DNA of 64,000 nt from a virus. The position numbers and the translations under genes were made by a program. The notes beneath the pieces are model-generated. The model worked only from the letters and a program-made list of their open reading frames with translations. It was not told the DNA's origin and ran no database searches. The DNA is taken from IMG/VR virus record IMGVR_UViG_3300025084_000006; one strand, 5' to 3'. Below are positions 20,244-28,530 of this stretch, piece after piece; position 1 is the stretch's first letter, and the number at the start of each line of letters is the position of its first letter.

Positions 20244-20432
20244 TCACAGACCATTAAGATAATCTGCAAGTGCCTCATCGTAGTCTGCCTTAGTCTCAAA
20301 GGTGCGACCATGGATCACACGTGGGTACGTGGCATCGCGACCAGCAGCAGCGACCATCTCGCAGTCGGCACGATCGTATCCCATCTCAACCAGGTTGTTG
20401 ACGTATGGGTTGTTGCTTGGTGTTTCGTTCAT
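20244..20432 (-). CDS. early hypothetical protein
   Basis: NPYVNNLVEMGYDRADC; has its own promoter. Confidence 0.75.
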   Translation of the reverse strand: MNETPSNNPYVNNLVEMGYDRADCEMVAAAGRDATYPRVIHGRTFETKADYDEALADYLNGL

Positions 20433-20492
20433 GTGTCTACAATACAGGATCTGAGGCAGAAATCAAGCGATGGTGTGCTGTTCACCGATTGT

Positions 20493-20518
20493 CCTGTGGA
20501 ATAAAAGTTTTCCACAGG
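20493..20518. repeat. inverted pair of DnaA-box-like 9-mers
   Basis: CCTGTGGAA-taaaagtt-TTCCACAGG, containing TTTTCCACA at 20508-20516. Confidence 0.6.
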
Positions 20519-20715
20519 CAGCTGACTAGTTCTTCTTACTTAGTCGCACTACGAGTTTGATACACTTAGTCCAAAACTTGACACCAGAAGTATACTCCAC
20601 AAATGTGGGTATGTATGGTTCAGTCACAAAAAAATCCCAACCATGTATAGACTACACGATCAGGATGATTTTGGATGATATAGTGGACGCTTCAACTAGT
20701 GGCACATAATTCTAC

Positions 20716-20871
20716 TCAATCCTCAAAATATTCGTTATCTTTAAACTTGCGCTCATGCTTGTTACGCTTATTGTAACGCTTAGCATTTGACACATTGTAA
20801 CCATACGACTCATAATCGTCTCTAACTTGTTTTGTAGACGATTCAGTATACTTTTTGCTAGTTTTTGCCAT
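20716..20871 (-). CDS. small basic hypothetical protein (51 aa)
   Basis: Manual translation MAKTSKKYTESSTKQVRDDYESYGYNVSNAKRYNKRNKHERKFKDNEYFED. Confidence 0.65.
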   Translation of the reverse strand: MAKTSKKYTESSTKQVRDDYESYGYNVSNAKRYNKRNKHERKFKDNEYFED

Positions 20872-20913
20872 CTTTAGTGTAAAAATCAGTCAATTAGTGA
20901 TTAATATGAGTAT

Positions 20914-21174
20914 TTATGGTACAATCTTGTCAATTAGAGTCAGTTCCTCTTGTTTAATACTATTATTCAAGAATTTACCTACTGATTCTTTACTATCAAT
21001 GACTTTTTGTAAGTTATTATCGAAAGTATCTACATTTCTTTGATACTTATACACTACACTACTAGTAGTAAATTGTATTTCAATATAGTCTTCTCTTAAT
21101 ACTATACGATTAACCATAGATGACTCTAATGATTTAAAGTCTTTAAGAATAGTAGAGAATTGTGATTCTGTCAT
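20914..21174 (-). CDS. KTSC-like domain protein
   Basis: SSMV...IEIQF...YKY...ESVGKFLNNSIK pattern. Confidence 0.55.
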   Translation of the reverse strand: MTESQFSTILKDFKSLESSMVNRIVLREDYIEIQFTTSSVVYKYQRNVDTFDNNLQKVIDSKESVGKFLNNSIKQEELTLIDKIVP

Positions 21175-21177
21175 TTG

Positions 21178-21290
21178 TGAAATTAAATTAAATCTTAAAA
21201 ATTAAACTTTTTAAAAAATTAAACTTTTTTAAAAAACGAACTTTTTGACTTTCTTAAGTTTTTGAGTTTTTGATCTTTTTGCTTTTCTTC
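21178..21290. repeat. AT-rich tract with direct repeats (AAAAATTAAACTTTTT)
   Basis: Non-coding stretch of recurring A/T runs. Confidence 0.75.
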
Positions 21291-21324
21291 GGATTGCCTC
21301 TGTGTGCCTCTCGAAGACCTTCAT

Positions 21325-21420
21325 ATTATAGCAGCGACCCCATGACCCTCGGCGGGGGTTTGTGCCAGTTTGCAACGTGTCATAGAGGGCATTGACAATC
21401 GATGCAGGGTGCGCTAAGAC
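21325..21420. promoter_or_regulatory. divergent sigma70-like promoters flanking one palindromic box
   Basis: Minus-strand TATAAT at 21325-21330; palindrome GTGCCAGT-N6-CGTGTCAT at 21362-21383; plus-strand TTGACA (21392)-17 nt-TAAGAC (21415). Confidence 0.65.
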
Positions 21421-21463
21421 AACAACTCCACCGCACCTTACCTATATTAAATAAACCATTTAG

Positions 21464-21486
21464 TTTTCCACAGGTTTTTCCACAGG
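21464..21486 (+). repeat. tandem DnaA-box-like 9-mers
   Basis: TTTTCCACAGG twice (21464, 21476). Confidence 0.6.
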
Positions 21487-21532
21487 CACTCAACATATTA
21501 TAAAGTTTTATCTTTAAAAGTCGTTGTAAACA

Positions 21533-21757
21533 CTAGGGAGTGCCTTTGCGGTGTATAGTGAGTATCTCTGGAGATAATACCAATTTCTTTTCTTCCATCC
21601 CTGTTACGTCTTGTCCTCTCTTAATCATCTTCATCATTGCTTCTTGTGCTGATTGAAGGGTCATATAACAGGCATATTGAGTGGTTGATTCAGTATGCCC
21701 ATAGAGGATATGTTCGTAACCTATAGCATAGTAAGTGTTGGGTAACTTTGGTCTCAT
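21533..21757 (-). CDS. hypothetical protein
   Basis: 74-aa ORF, ATGA-coupled. Confidence 0.65.
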   Translation of the reverse strand: MRPKLPNTYYAIGYEHILYGHTESTTQYACYMTLQSAQEAMMKMIKRGQDVTGMEEKKLVLSPEILTIHRKGTP

Positions 21758-21984
21758 TTATCGAATACATCACTTAGTTCATCCGAATTATAATAACTGA
21801 TCTCTTCCTGTTCATTCTCTTCTTCACCTAGTAGCATCCACTCATAGAATTCATCAGCAAGTGCCATGGCATCATCCATACGATCTTTCTTGAGAAGAAA
21901 CTTAAATCTTCTCAATCTATTCTGCATGATGGTGTCTATCTGATTAGAGACAGATGCTTGTTCTTTAGCAAGTTTATTGTTCAT
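21754..21984 (-). CDS. hypothetical protein
   Basis: 76-aa ORF, ATGA-coupled. Confidence 0.7.
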   Translation of the reverse strand: MNNKLAKEQASVSNQIDTIMQNRLRRFKFLLKKDRMDDAMALADEFYEWMLLGEEENEQEEISYYNSDELSDVFDK

Positions 21985-22262
21985 TGGATTGTAAGTACGT
22001 TAGATAGATGATCATAACGAACGAACACTTGTTCTTTAGCAAGTGCTAGGGACAAACCTTTAGCAAACTCATTAGGGAATTTTGAGAAGTAACGCCAGTA
22101 TTTGTCTGGGTCAATTTGATTAGGTACTGGTTTAAATGTAGTTGGTGTCAGTTGTTGGAGTTCAACTAGTTCTTTGACGTGATCAGAAATTAAATTCACT
22201 TGACAAATACCTCGCTGGTGTGTTCTTGAGTCAGTTGTTGTGCTTGTTTGAGAAGATGGCAC
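21981..22262 (-). CDS. hypothetical protein (start uncertain)
   Basis: ORF in an operon; C-terminal YWRYFSKFPNEFAKGL. Confidence 0.55.
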   Translation of the reverse strand: MPSSQTSTTTDSRTHQRGICQVNLISDHVKELVELQQLTPTTFKPVPNQIDPDKYWRYFSKFPNEFAKGLSLALAKEQVFVRYDHLSNVLTIQ

Positions 22263-22426
22263 ATATGAACAATATGATCTACATCCTCATCTTGGGGATT
22301 GAAGTCATAAGATGTAGACCAATCAGGAATACCATCATTGTCAATGTAAGCACCAAACATGTAACCATCAGCACCAATGGCATATACATGGGGAGAGGCA
22401 ACAAGAAAGAACTGGGGAGCAGTCAT
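22196..22426 (-). CDS. early hypothetical protein
   Basis: Follows a near-consensus sigma70 promoter. Confidence 0.7.
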   Translation of the reverse strand: MTAPQFFLVASPHVYAIGADGYMFGAYIDNDGIPDWSTSYDFNPQDEDVDHIVHMCHLLKQAQQLTQEHTSEVFVK

Positions 22427-22449
22427 CGGTCTGTGTGTTGAATGAATTC

Positions 22450-22478
22450 AGTATACTATGTATTGGGTTGAATGTCAA
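22450..22478 (-). promoter_or_regulatory. sigma70-like early promoter
   Basis: TTGACA-17 nt-TATACT. Confidence 0.85.
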
Positions 22479-22927
22479 CCCTGGTAGTATGCATTTTTGT
22501 AGAGATAACCGCCACTCCAGTCAGCATTCTCAAATACCCACTCACGTTCTTTGATGATATTCAGATCGAAACGTGCTTCTTTCACTGGTGCTTTGAATGA
22601 TGCTGCCTTGTGCAACTCACCAGTTTTCATATTGATGAAGCAATGAACACTACGTGAACCACTATCAGTCTCCATGATGATCTTGTGATACTTACGACCA
22701 CTTTCAATGTAGAACTTATACAGACATTCACCACTCTCAATCGAAGCAAGACGCTGTGCTTTATATTCAGGTTCAGTATGATTGAAGAAGTTAGCACGGC
22801 GAATGCTATCACGCTTGAAGTCATACTCCAATGCATCACATAACATCAGGCAATACTCTCTCACTTTGAGTTGAATGCTGTTACGAGCGTCTTGAGTGGC
22901 AACGAAGTCAGTGAATGAAGCAGTCAT
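22475..22927 (-). CDS. conserved phage early protein
   Basis: GRKYHKII...SVHCFINMKTGELHKAASFKAP; start MTASF after TTGCAA-17-TATACT. Confidence 0.8.
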   Translation of the reverse strand: MTASFTDFVATQDARNSIQLKVREYCLMLCDALEYDFKRDSIRRANFFNHTEPEYKAQRLASIESGECLYKFYIESGRKYHKIIMETDSGSRSVHCFINMKTGELHKAASFKAPVKEARFDLNIIKEREWVFENADWSGGYLYKNAYYQG

Positions 22928-22968
22928 GTCGTTTGTGTCGATGTTGTTAGTATAGTGCTTTGTGGGGA

Positions 22969-23205
22969 TCATTGCAACCCACATACAGACACTTGATCAG
23001 GTGTCATAGTCTCAACTGTCAAGCGTCTCCATCCACGCACGTCTCGGATGCCTTCCACTACCATGTTCACAACACGCTCTAATTGCTGCTGACGACCCTT
23101 GACGGTGGTGCATTGACCTTGCTTAGAGTAAAGTGTGCTCACTGTGTTGTCTTCATTGGTGATGAAGATGCGATAGTGTGCATGCTTGACTGCTGTGACT
23201 GCCAT
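22969..23205 (-). CDS. early hypothetical protein
   Basis: 78-aa ORF with promoter module. Confidence 0.7.
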   Translation of the reverse strand: MAVTAVKHAHYRIFITNEDNTVSTLYSKQGQCTTVKGRQQQLERVVNMVVEGIRDVRGWRRLTVETMTPDQVSVCGLQ

Positions 23206-23275
23206 GTGGGTCGTTCCCTTTGGTATGAATATAGTATAGCGTGGTGAGGTGCCTTGTGGTGGGTGAGTGGTCAGT

Positions 23276-23491
23276 TCATGAAGTGGTCAGTCGAGACATG
23301 CTGATCATGAATAGAAACACTACCATGATCACCACATCCCATGACTTTGTTCTAATGAAGTATGGGATGCTAATCAGATCAGCAACACAATTAATCATCA
23401 CACCAACAATCACATTGACATGTAGAATCACAAAATAGGCAGTGATAACACCAACACTACCTAATACTCTTGCTTTACTGTCGAGTTTCAT
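23276..23491 (-). CDS. small membrane protein
   Basis: Hydrophobic segments; SIPYFIRTKSWDVVIM. Confidence 0.7.
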   Translation of the reverse strand: MKLDSKARVLGSVGVITAYFVILHVNVIVGVMINCVADLISIPYFIRTKSWDVVIMVVFLFMISMSRLTTS

Positions 23492-23660
23492 GCCATGTGA
23501 TACCTAGTCTGTCCCATAACTCATCAATTGTAATCTCTAACTCTGCTGCTACTTCTTCATCCCATTCACGATTGTTCTTCTCACATTGTGCAACGAAGGC
23601 AGGATCATCACACATCTCTTCAATCAAGTCTTCAAATGAAGTTGTATCTGGAATGGTCAT
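23475..23660 (-). CDS. acidic hypothetical protein
   Basis: 61-aa ORF, coupled to neighbours. Confidence 0.6.
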   Translation of the reverse strand: MTIPDTTSFEDLIEEMCDDPAFVAQCEKNNREWDEEVAAELEITIDELWDRLGITWHETRQ

Positions 23661-23947
23661 TGTTCTACGTATGATTTGAGTAGTGGCATAGAAGTATATG
23701 CCGTGGTGTTGCTTACGTCTACTGGTTTGCCAGGACGTTTATGGTTGATTGGGGCAATGTAGCATCGTTTTTTTGTGTTGTAGAATCCCCAAATTGAGAC
23801 GACAGGATCATTGGTGTAACTAAACCTAGCATGATTCCTAATCCAAATGCCAACGATGTTGGTCTTATGTTCCTTAACATAGTATGAGTAACCTTCTGGT
23901 GGTTGATGTGGGAAATCAGTTGGCAGATTGTTCAATGGTTGAGTCAT
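23657..23947 (-). CDS. conserved cyanophage hypothetical protein
   Basis: LPTDFPHQPPEGYSY...IWGFYNTK. Confidence 0.75.
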   Translation of the reverse strand: MTQPLNNLPTDFPHQPPEGYSYYVKEHKTNIVGIWIRNHARFSYTNDPVVSIWGFYNTKKRCYIAPINHKRPGKPVDVSNTTAYTSMPLLKSYVEQ

Positions 23948-24067
23948 AGTAGTTCATCATCTTACTATCACGCTCTGCTAAGAATAGCAGGTAGCATGTG
24001 AGAGCAACAAAGGCAATAATGCCGCTGAGGAGATACTGGGTGATTTTCATAGTTAAAATTGATTAGG

Positions 24068-24099
24068 ATGAAGCGATTACCTCACCCTAATCGCTTCAT
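24068..24099. terminator. 12-bp perfect intergenic hairpin (terminator or processing site)
   Basis: ATGAAGCGATTA-8 nt-TAATCGCTTCAT directly after the stop of 24103-24357; no clear U-tract. Confidence 0.5.
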
Positions 24100-24102
24100 T
24101 GA

Positions 24103-24357
24103 TCAACCAACTGCCATTGGTGAATACTCGGAACGTGGCATTTGGTCTACATTGTAACCAGTAACCTCAGCACCATTAGCAATGCGCTCAGACCACTCAT
24201 TACGTGCTGTTAGTGCTGTGACTGTGCTGTAAGACTTCTGACCATTAGAGTTGAAGGTGACGCGCTTCTGGAAACGCTTGACGATTGTGCCAGACTCTTC
24301 AGCAATGAATGCCTCAGGGAAGAAATCAACGGTGGTGACGAGTGTAGTGAGTTGCAT
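24103..24357 (-). CDS. early hypothetical protein
   Basis: 84-aa ORF after promoter TGGCAC-17-TATATT. Confidence 0.75.
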   Translation of the reverse strand: MQLTTLVTTVDFFPEAFIAEESGTIVKRFQKRVTFNSNGQKSYSTVTALTARNEWSERIANGAEVTGYNVDQMPRSEYSPMAVG

Positions 24358-24424
24358 GTGAGGTGTGTTCCTTTGACTCTCTTAATATACAGGGTTTTGG
24401 GGTGCTGTGCCACAATTGTGGACA

Positions 24425-24625
24425 CTACACCGACTGGCACATGTCCATGACTGAAACGACAGCACCTGTGGTATCCATAGATTGAAACCAAAAGGCACGT
24501 ACCACTTCATAATCAGGGAATTGATATGATCTACCATCAGGAAATGATATCTGATAGTAATGTCTATCATATGGTGCATCACTAGTTTGTTCAAACCATT
24601 TGACTTTCTTAGACTTCTTAGACAT
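24425..24625 (-). CDS. conserved cyanophage hypothetical protein
   Basis: FEQTSDAPYDRHYY...AFWFQ; start MSKKSKK. Confidence 0.7.
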   Translation of the reverse strand: MSKKSKKVKWFEQTSDAPYDRHYYQISFPDGRSYQFPDYEVVRAFWFQSMDTTGAVVSVMDMCQSV

Positions 24626-24889
24626 CTTTCTTTTGTTTGTGTGGATTTTTGATTGGGAATGGTTTCTCAAATCCCCATTTCTTATTCTTTATCTTGTTTT
24701 CATGTCTAATAGCATTGATCATCTCTTCTCTGCTATTCCAAGGAGAGTTCTTATTAGTGTCCATGGTATCGATTGATCATGTTCCTTATCTTTTGTTCAA
24801 TACGTGAGTGTTCCTCATCATTCTCTTCAGATTGAAGTGATTCAAACACATCTAAGATGTACACAAGTTCTTCAGCAGTGAATTTCATT

Positions 24890-25081
24890 TTACTTCCAAC
24901 GTTTTGTTTTTAAATAATCTAGAACATCACCACGTACATCCATTAATTCATGGTAGCACATCTGATTGTGAGCACACTGACGTAATGCAGGATCAGGTTT
25001 CAGTACAGATTCAATGAACAAATCAAGTCCACGATTCCATTTGTCTTGTTTACTTTCTTGATCGATGTTGTCAGGGTTCAT
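24890..25081 (-). CDS. conserved cyanophage hypothetical protein
   Basis: KWNRGLDLFIESVLKPD..LRQCAHNQMCYHELM. Confidence 0.75.
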   Translation of the reverse strand: MNPDNIDQESKQDKWNRGLDLFIESVLKPDPALRQCAHNQMCYHELMDVRGDVLDYLKTKRWK

Positions 25082-25521
25082 GAGACTGCTTCCTGTAGTT
25101 TATATTGAAGTTTAGTCAGATTATATCGATTGATATATTTCTCTGCATGATCATAACACTGAAACCAACATACTTTCTTTTCTTTTCGATCTTCCAATCG
25201 CCAAGGGAATGTACCAAGATGTGGGAATAGTTTCAGATCTTTTGATCTGGTGTATTTAATGGAATCCGAAACCTTCGTCTTCGGACCAGAACTTGTTCCA
25301 GTCTTCTTCTGTTGCTTGACTGATGTTAACTTTTCTAGATTGCTCTCTAGAGTTTTCTGTACTGATTTTGATCGAGTTGTCTTCGTTGACTTCCCAGTTG
25401 ACGATTGTACCTTCACCCCAGTTGAGTTTTTCGATGATCTCTTCGGGGATCTCGATGTAGAGTTCTTTTGTTGTGGCATCTTCTTGGATTTCAATTGATA
25501 TATCCATTTTCTCTCAACCAC
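25078..25521 (-). CDS. hypothetical protein with K/S/T-rich N-terminus (start uncertain)
   Basis: C-terminal FPWRLE...CWFQCYDHAEKYI looks globular; N-terminus overlaps the AbrB-like ORF. Confidence 0.6.
   Translation of the reverse strand: MVERKWIYQLKSKKMPQQKNSTSRSPKRSSKNSTGVKVQSSTGKSTKTTRSKSVQKTLESNLEKLTSVKQQKKTGTSSGPKTKVSDSIKYTRSKDLKLFPHLGTFPWRLEDRKEKKVCWFQCYDHAEKYINRYNLTKLQYKLQEAVS
25256..25507 (-). CDS. AbrB/MazE/SpoVT-like DNA-binding protein
   Basis: LYIEIPEEIIEKLNWGEGTIVNWEV...IKIS swapped-hairpin pattern. Confidence 0.7.
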   Translation of the reverse strand: MDISIEIQEDATTKELYIEIPEEIIEKLNWGEGTIVNWEVNEDNSIKISTENSREQSRKVNISQATEEDWNKFWSEDEGFGFH

Positions 25522-26171
25522 TCGCCTGTTTTGGGGGTGGGATCATACACTTCCCACATATTGCCACCAGCACACGCTGCTAGGGCGTCCATAGTCATGT
25601 TCTCTGTTCTACCTGCCCATTGTGCTTCTGCCTCCCATGGGACTGCTGCAGCAGGGTAGGTGCGCTCTACCATCACACGCCAGATCATAGGAACTTGATC
25701 TTCAGGTTTAATAATAGCAATCAAACTATTGTCAATACTACCTGCCATACAATCTTGAGCAGCATGCCACCCTTCATGTCTCATCACCATCATTAGAGTA
25801 GCAGGATCACCCATGAAATCCTTATTCAGAAAGAAGTTATTGCTAACTGTATGGTAGACACCACGATGCATCGCGGGGAAATACTTCTCATCAGCAAGAA
25901 ATACATTTACACCAATCTGATTGAGTGAGTGTAAGATGTTATGAAACTCACCAGTGACACTAGTGAATGCTCCTGTGTTGTCATACTTAGATGAGATGTC
26001 AAGCATAGAGTATACTTTCTCTACACCATCCGTGCATTCACCCAGTAGCATACAACCAAGAGAATCCATGGTCTTATATCCTTGGGTGATCTTACTATCA
26101 TCAGCAAGAACATGTGGCGATGCACCTAAACTGAGTGTAGTTAAGAGTGCAAGTAGTGTTGAACGTAACAT
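25491..26171 (-). CDS. exported zincin-like metallopeptidase
   Basis: Signal-peptide-like N-terminus; RHEGWHAAQ (HExxH) and downstream EAEA. Confidence 0.7.
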   Translation of the reverse strand: MLRSTLLALLTTLSLGASPHVLADDSKITQGYKTMDSLGCMLLGECTDGVEKVYSMLDISSKYDNTGAFTSVTGEFHNILHSLNQIGVNVFLADEKYFPAMHRGVYHTVSNNFFLNKDFMGDPATLMMVMRHEGWHAAQDCMAGSIDNSLIAIIKPEDQVPMIWRVMVERTYPAAAVPWEAEAQWAGRTENMTMDALAACAGGNMWEVYDPTPKTGEWLRENGYIN

Positions 26172-26182
26172 AAAGGTGATTA

Positions 26183-26407
26183 TTAAGTGTTGGTGCTGTC
26201 TGCTGCATTGTCTGCTACAAGGTGAGACAGACGTTTTTCTAAATCAACATCATTGATGCCGTACTTAAATGCCATTGCTTGTGAATCGTGGCGCGTATGT
26301 CCCCACATACAATCAATGAGAAATTGAATCTCATTGACAGATAGGGTTATATTGATTTGATCAGTATTCACTGAGGAGGTCTTCTGGGAGGAGTTCATAG
26401 ATTTCAT
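26183..26407 (-). CDS. hypothetical protein
   Basis: 74-aa ORF. Confidence 0.55.
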   Translation of the reverse strand: MKSMNSSQKTSSVNTDQINITLSVNEIQFLIDCMWGHTRHDSQAMAFKYGINDVDLEKRLSHLVADNAADSTNT

Positions 26408-26500
26408 TACTGGGCAGGTAATATTCTGCCATATGTAGTGCTTTCATACGCTCATCATACTCCAGTACTTCAGCGTAGTCAATGTCAAGGACAGAATTGT

Positions 26501-27388
26501 TCATCGTTTGATAATAAGGATTTCGTGTGATTCTTTGGTGTGGTCGGTTTTGTTGGCGATACGATTGTCACCAATACGTGTCTCACCTAGTTGGTAAGAG
26601 TAGTGCCACTCAGGATAGTGTAACTCGAAGTCACCATACCACTCGCGAATGGTCTCACAATTATTGTATGAGAGAATGAATGGACCTTTGTGCGAGTGGA
26701 GCAGGTCTCTCAGTATAGCATGATCGAACCCAGTGTGGTGGACATCAATGTTACAATTTGGATACATGCCCTTGAGCATCTTGTTATCCTTATCTTTCTT
26801 GAGATAATATGGTGGGTCAAGATACAAGAAGTCAGTATCATATGAAGTTATGACATCTTCAAATGATGACTGGTACACACTGAGATTCGGATTCTTGTAG
26901 TTACGAATCTTCTTGATCATAGTGTCCCACTTCTTCTGATCTTGGTAGATCTTACTCATCCACCCCAGATACATCGGACCATAGGATAGATTGTGGTTGT
27001 AATAGTAATATGCTGCGGCAGTGATGTTATCAAGACGGATTGGATCACGCTTGTAATACTCTGTCTTCCAGTCTTTGAGCATTTCCTGAGTGTAATCCCA
27101 GCAAATTAGTTGCTCTTTGATCTCAGCATACTTCTCTTTGGTTGGTTCGATGAGTTGTAGAGCGTCTGCTAGTTCATCTGGTTGGTTTAATAGAACTACC
27201 CAGAAGTTTACTAGCGCAGGAAATACATCCCAACCAATGACATTCTTACCCAATTCACCTGCCCAACGCGATTCTAGTGAACCACCACCAATGAATGGTG
27301 ACACAATACGATCTGTCTCAGGCAATTGCTGCGTGATGATCTTGTATGCTTTACTTTTACCGCCAGCATAGCGAATAGGTGTCTTCAT
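26501..27388 (-). CDS. D12-class (Dam-like) N6-adenine DNA methyltransferase
   Basis: PIRYAGGKS, SPFIGGGS (motif I), YLDPPY (motif IV), FILSYNN. Confidence 0.93.
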   Translation of the reverse strand: MKTPIRYAGGKSKAYKIITQQLPETDRIVSPFIGGGSLESRWAGELGKNVIGWDVFPALVNFWVVLLNQPDELADALQLIEPTKEKYAEIKEQLICWDYTQEMLKDWKTEYYKRDPIRLDNITAAAYYYYNHNLSYGPMYLGWMSKIYQDQKKWDTMIKKIRNYKNPNLSVYQSSFEDVITSYDTDFLYLDPPYYLKKDKDNKMLKGMYPNCNIDVHHTGFDHAILRDLLHSHKGPFILSYNNCETIREWYGDFELHYPEWHYSYQLGETRIGDNRIANKTDHTKESHEILIIKR

Positions 27389-27951
27389 TTAGTCTTACGA
27401 TCGATTTTGTACTGACCGAACGCTTCATGAATGGAATCAGGAAGAGAAACGCCAGTCTCTTGATAGTTCCACTTAGGATAGCATCCTTCAATGGTATTAT
27501 ACTCCATCAAGCAGTTTTCTTCAATACCTTTGGCACTGACAGGAACACTCACTTGCTGAGACTTGAACAAACCAGGAACTTCAACTACAATGGGTTCCAT
27601 GTAAATCATGTAAACCTCAACTTTGTTGCCCTTGTTCAGTTCTTCACGCATGAACCAGTTAATGGCAAAGCGATTGATGCCAGGGTCATCTTGACCAGCA
27701 TTGAGATAGAAACCCATGCAACCTTGAATGCCACTCTTGGTAGAAGATTGACCAATCTTGTAGATCTCTCCATCTACACACAGAATGTACACAAGAGACA
27801 CATGCTTGCTCTTCAGTTTCTTAGGAAAACTGGTATCATAGTTCATCACAAGTTTGGTCTTGTAAAGAACATGCTTGGGACCAGAGTAAGCAGCAGTGCC
27901 GTGAGAAATCTCACCAACACGAATGGCGTTAGGAACGTCAGTGATGTGCAT
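27385..27951 (-). CDS. GIY-YIG endonuclease, Hpy188I-like putative type II restriction enzyme
   Basis: LVYILCVDGEIYKIGQS, NKVEVY, KGIEE..L..Y....G.YP.WN.Q; ATGA overlap with the MTase; start MHITDV after the promoter. Confidence 0.7.
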   Translation of the reverse strand: MHITDVPNAIRVGEISHGTAAYSGPKHVLYKTKLVMNYDTSFPKKLKSKHVSLVYILCVDGEIYKIGQSSTKSGIQGCMGFYLNAGQDDPGINRFAINWFMREELNKGNKVEVYMIYMEPIVVEVPGLFKSQQVSVPVSAKGIEENCLMEYNTIEGCYPKWNYQETGVSLPDSIHEAFGQYKIDRKTK

Positions 27952-27972
27952 GATGTGTGTCTCAATACAAGT

Positions 27973-28030
27973 AGTATGACATAAAAAAGGGAGGGTGTCA
28001 ACCCTCCCCAACCAGTTCATCAAGTGTCAC
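27973..28030 (-). promoter_or_regulatory. early promoter overlapping an intrinsic terminator
   Basis: GGGAGGG-TTGACA-CCCTCCC-TTTTTT hairpin whose loop is the -35; CATACT 17 nt downstream; upstream palindrome at 28009-28030. Confidence 0.75.
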
Positions 28031-28089
28031 CAAAGATGGGGACGATGTTAGTCTTTACATGTATTGTCATGTTGATATGTTGTTCCCAC

Positions 28090-28377
28090 TTAGTTGCGTC
28101 TTCTAGGTTGTAGAAGACTGCTTCTTGGCGCGATAACGCTTTGCCCATCGCTTTCTTGTCCTTGTTCTTGTTGTAAACAACTGCGTACTTCATGCCAAAA
28201 TTCAGAATAAACGATCAGGTTGACTTGATAACGACCCCAACGACAACTAGCGTCGGGGCGATCAATGAAACAAATACTAATGTATCTGTCACAAATAAAC
28301 GAAATGTAGCCCGAGTTCTGTCGGTATGCTACTGGTTGGAGCAATTCAAACGTCATACTCTCTGTTTTGCATGTCAC
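28090..28377 (-). CDS. hypothetical protein
   Basis: GYISFICDRYISIC; start may be MTFELL. Confidence 0.6.
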   Translation of the reverse strand: MTCKTESMTFELLQPVAYRQNSGYISFICDRYISICFIDRPDASCRWGRYQVNLIVYSEFWHEVRSCLQQEQGQESDGQSVIAPRSSLLQPRRRN

Positions 28378-28530
28378 TCATTTGGGTCTGTAGTTCGATA
28401 ACGTAGCAATCTAGAGATTTTAGTTTGCTTTCTAATTGCTTGTTACGATCTTGGAGATCTTTAACCAAGTCTTTTACTTCATCGGTTAGTGCATCTGCCG
28501 CGTCTTGATTGTGTGCCATGTAAATTTGAC

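Noticed and set aside
18700-24450. CRISPR-like array
   Set aside because: The repeats are degenerate promoter elements separated by whole genes; there is no regular spacer length and no cas gene.
27385-27951. Homing endonuclease or intron
   Set aside because: It interrupts no gene, has no C-terminal DNA-binding repeats, and is coupled to an MTase.
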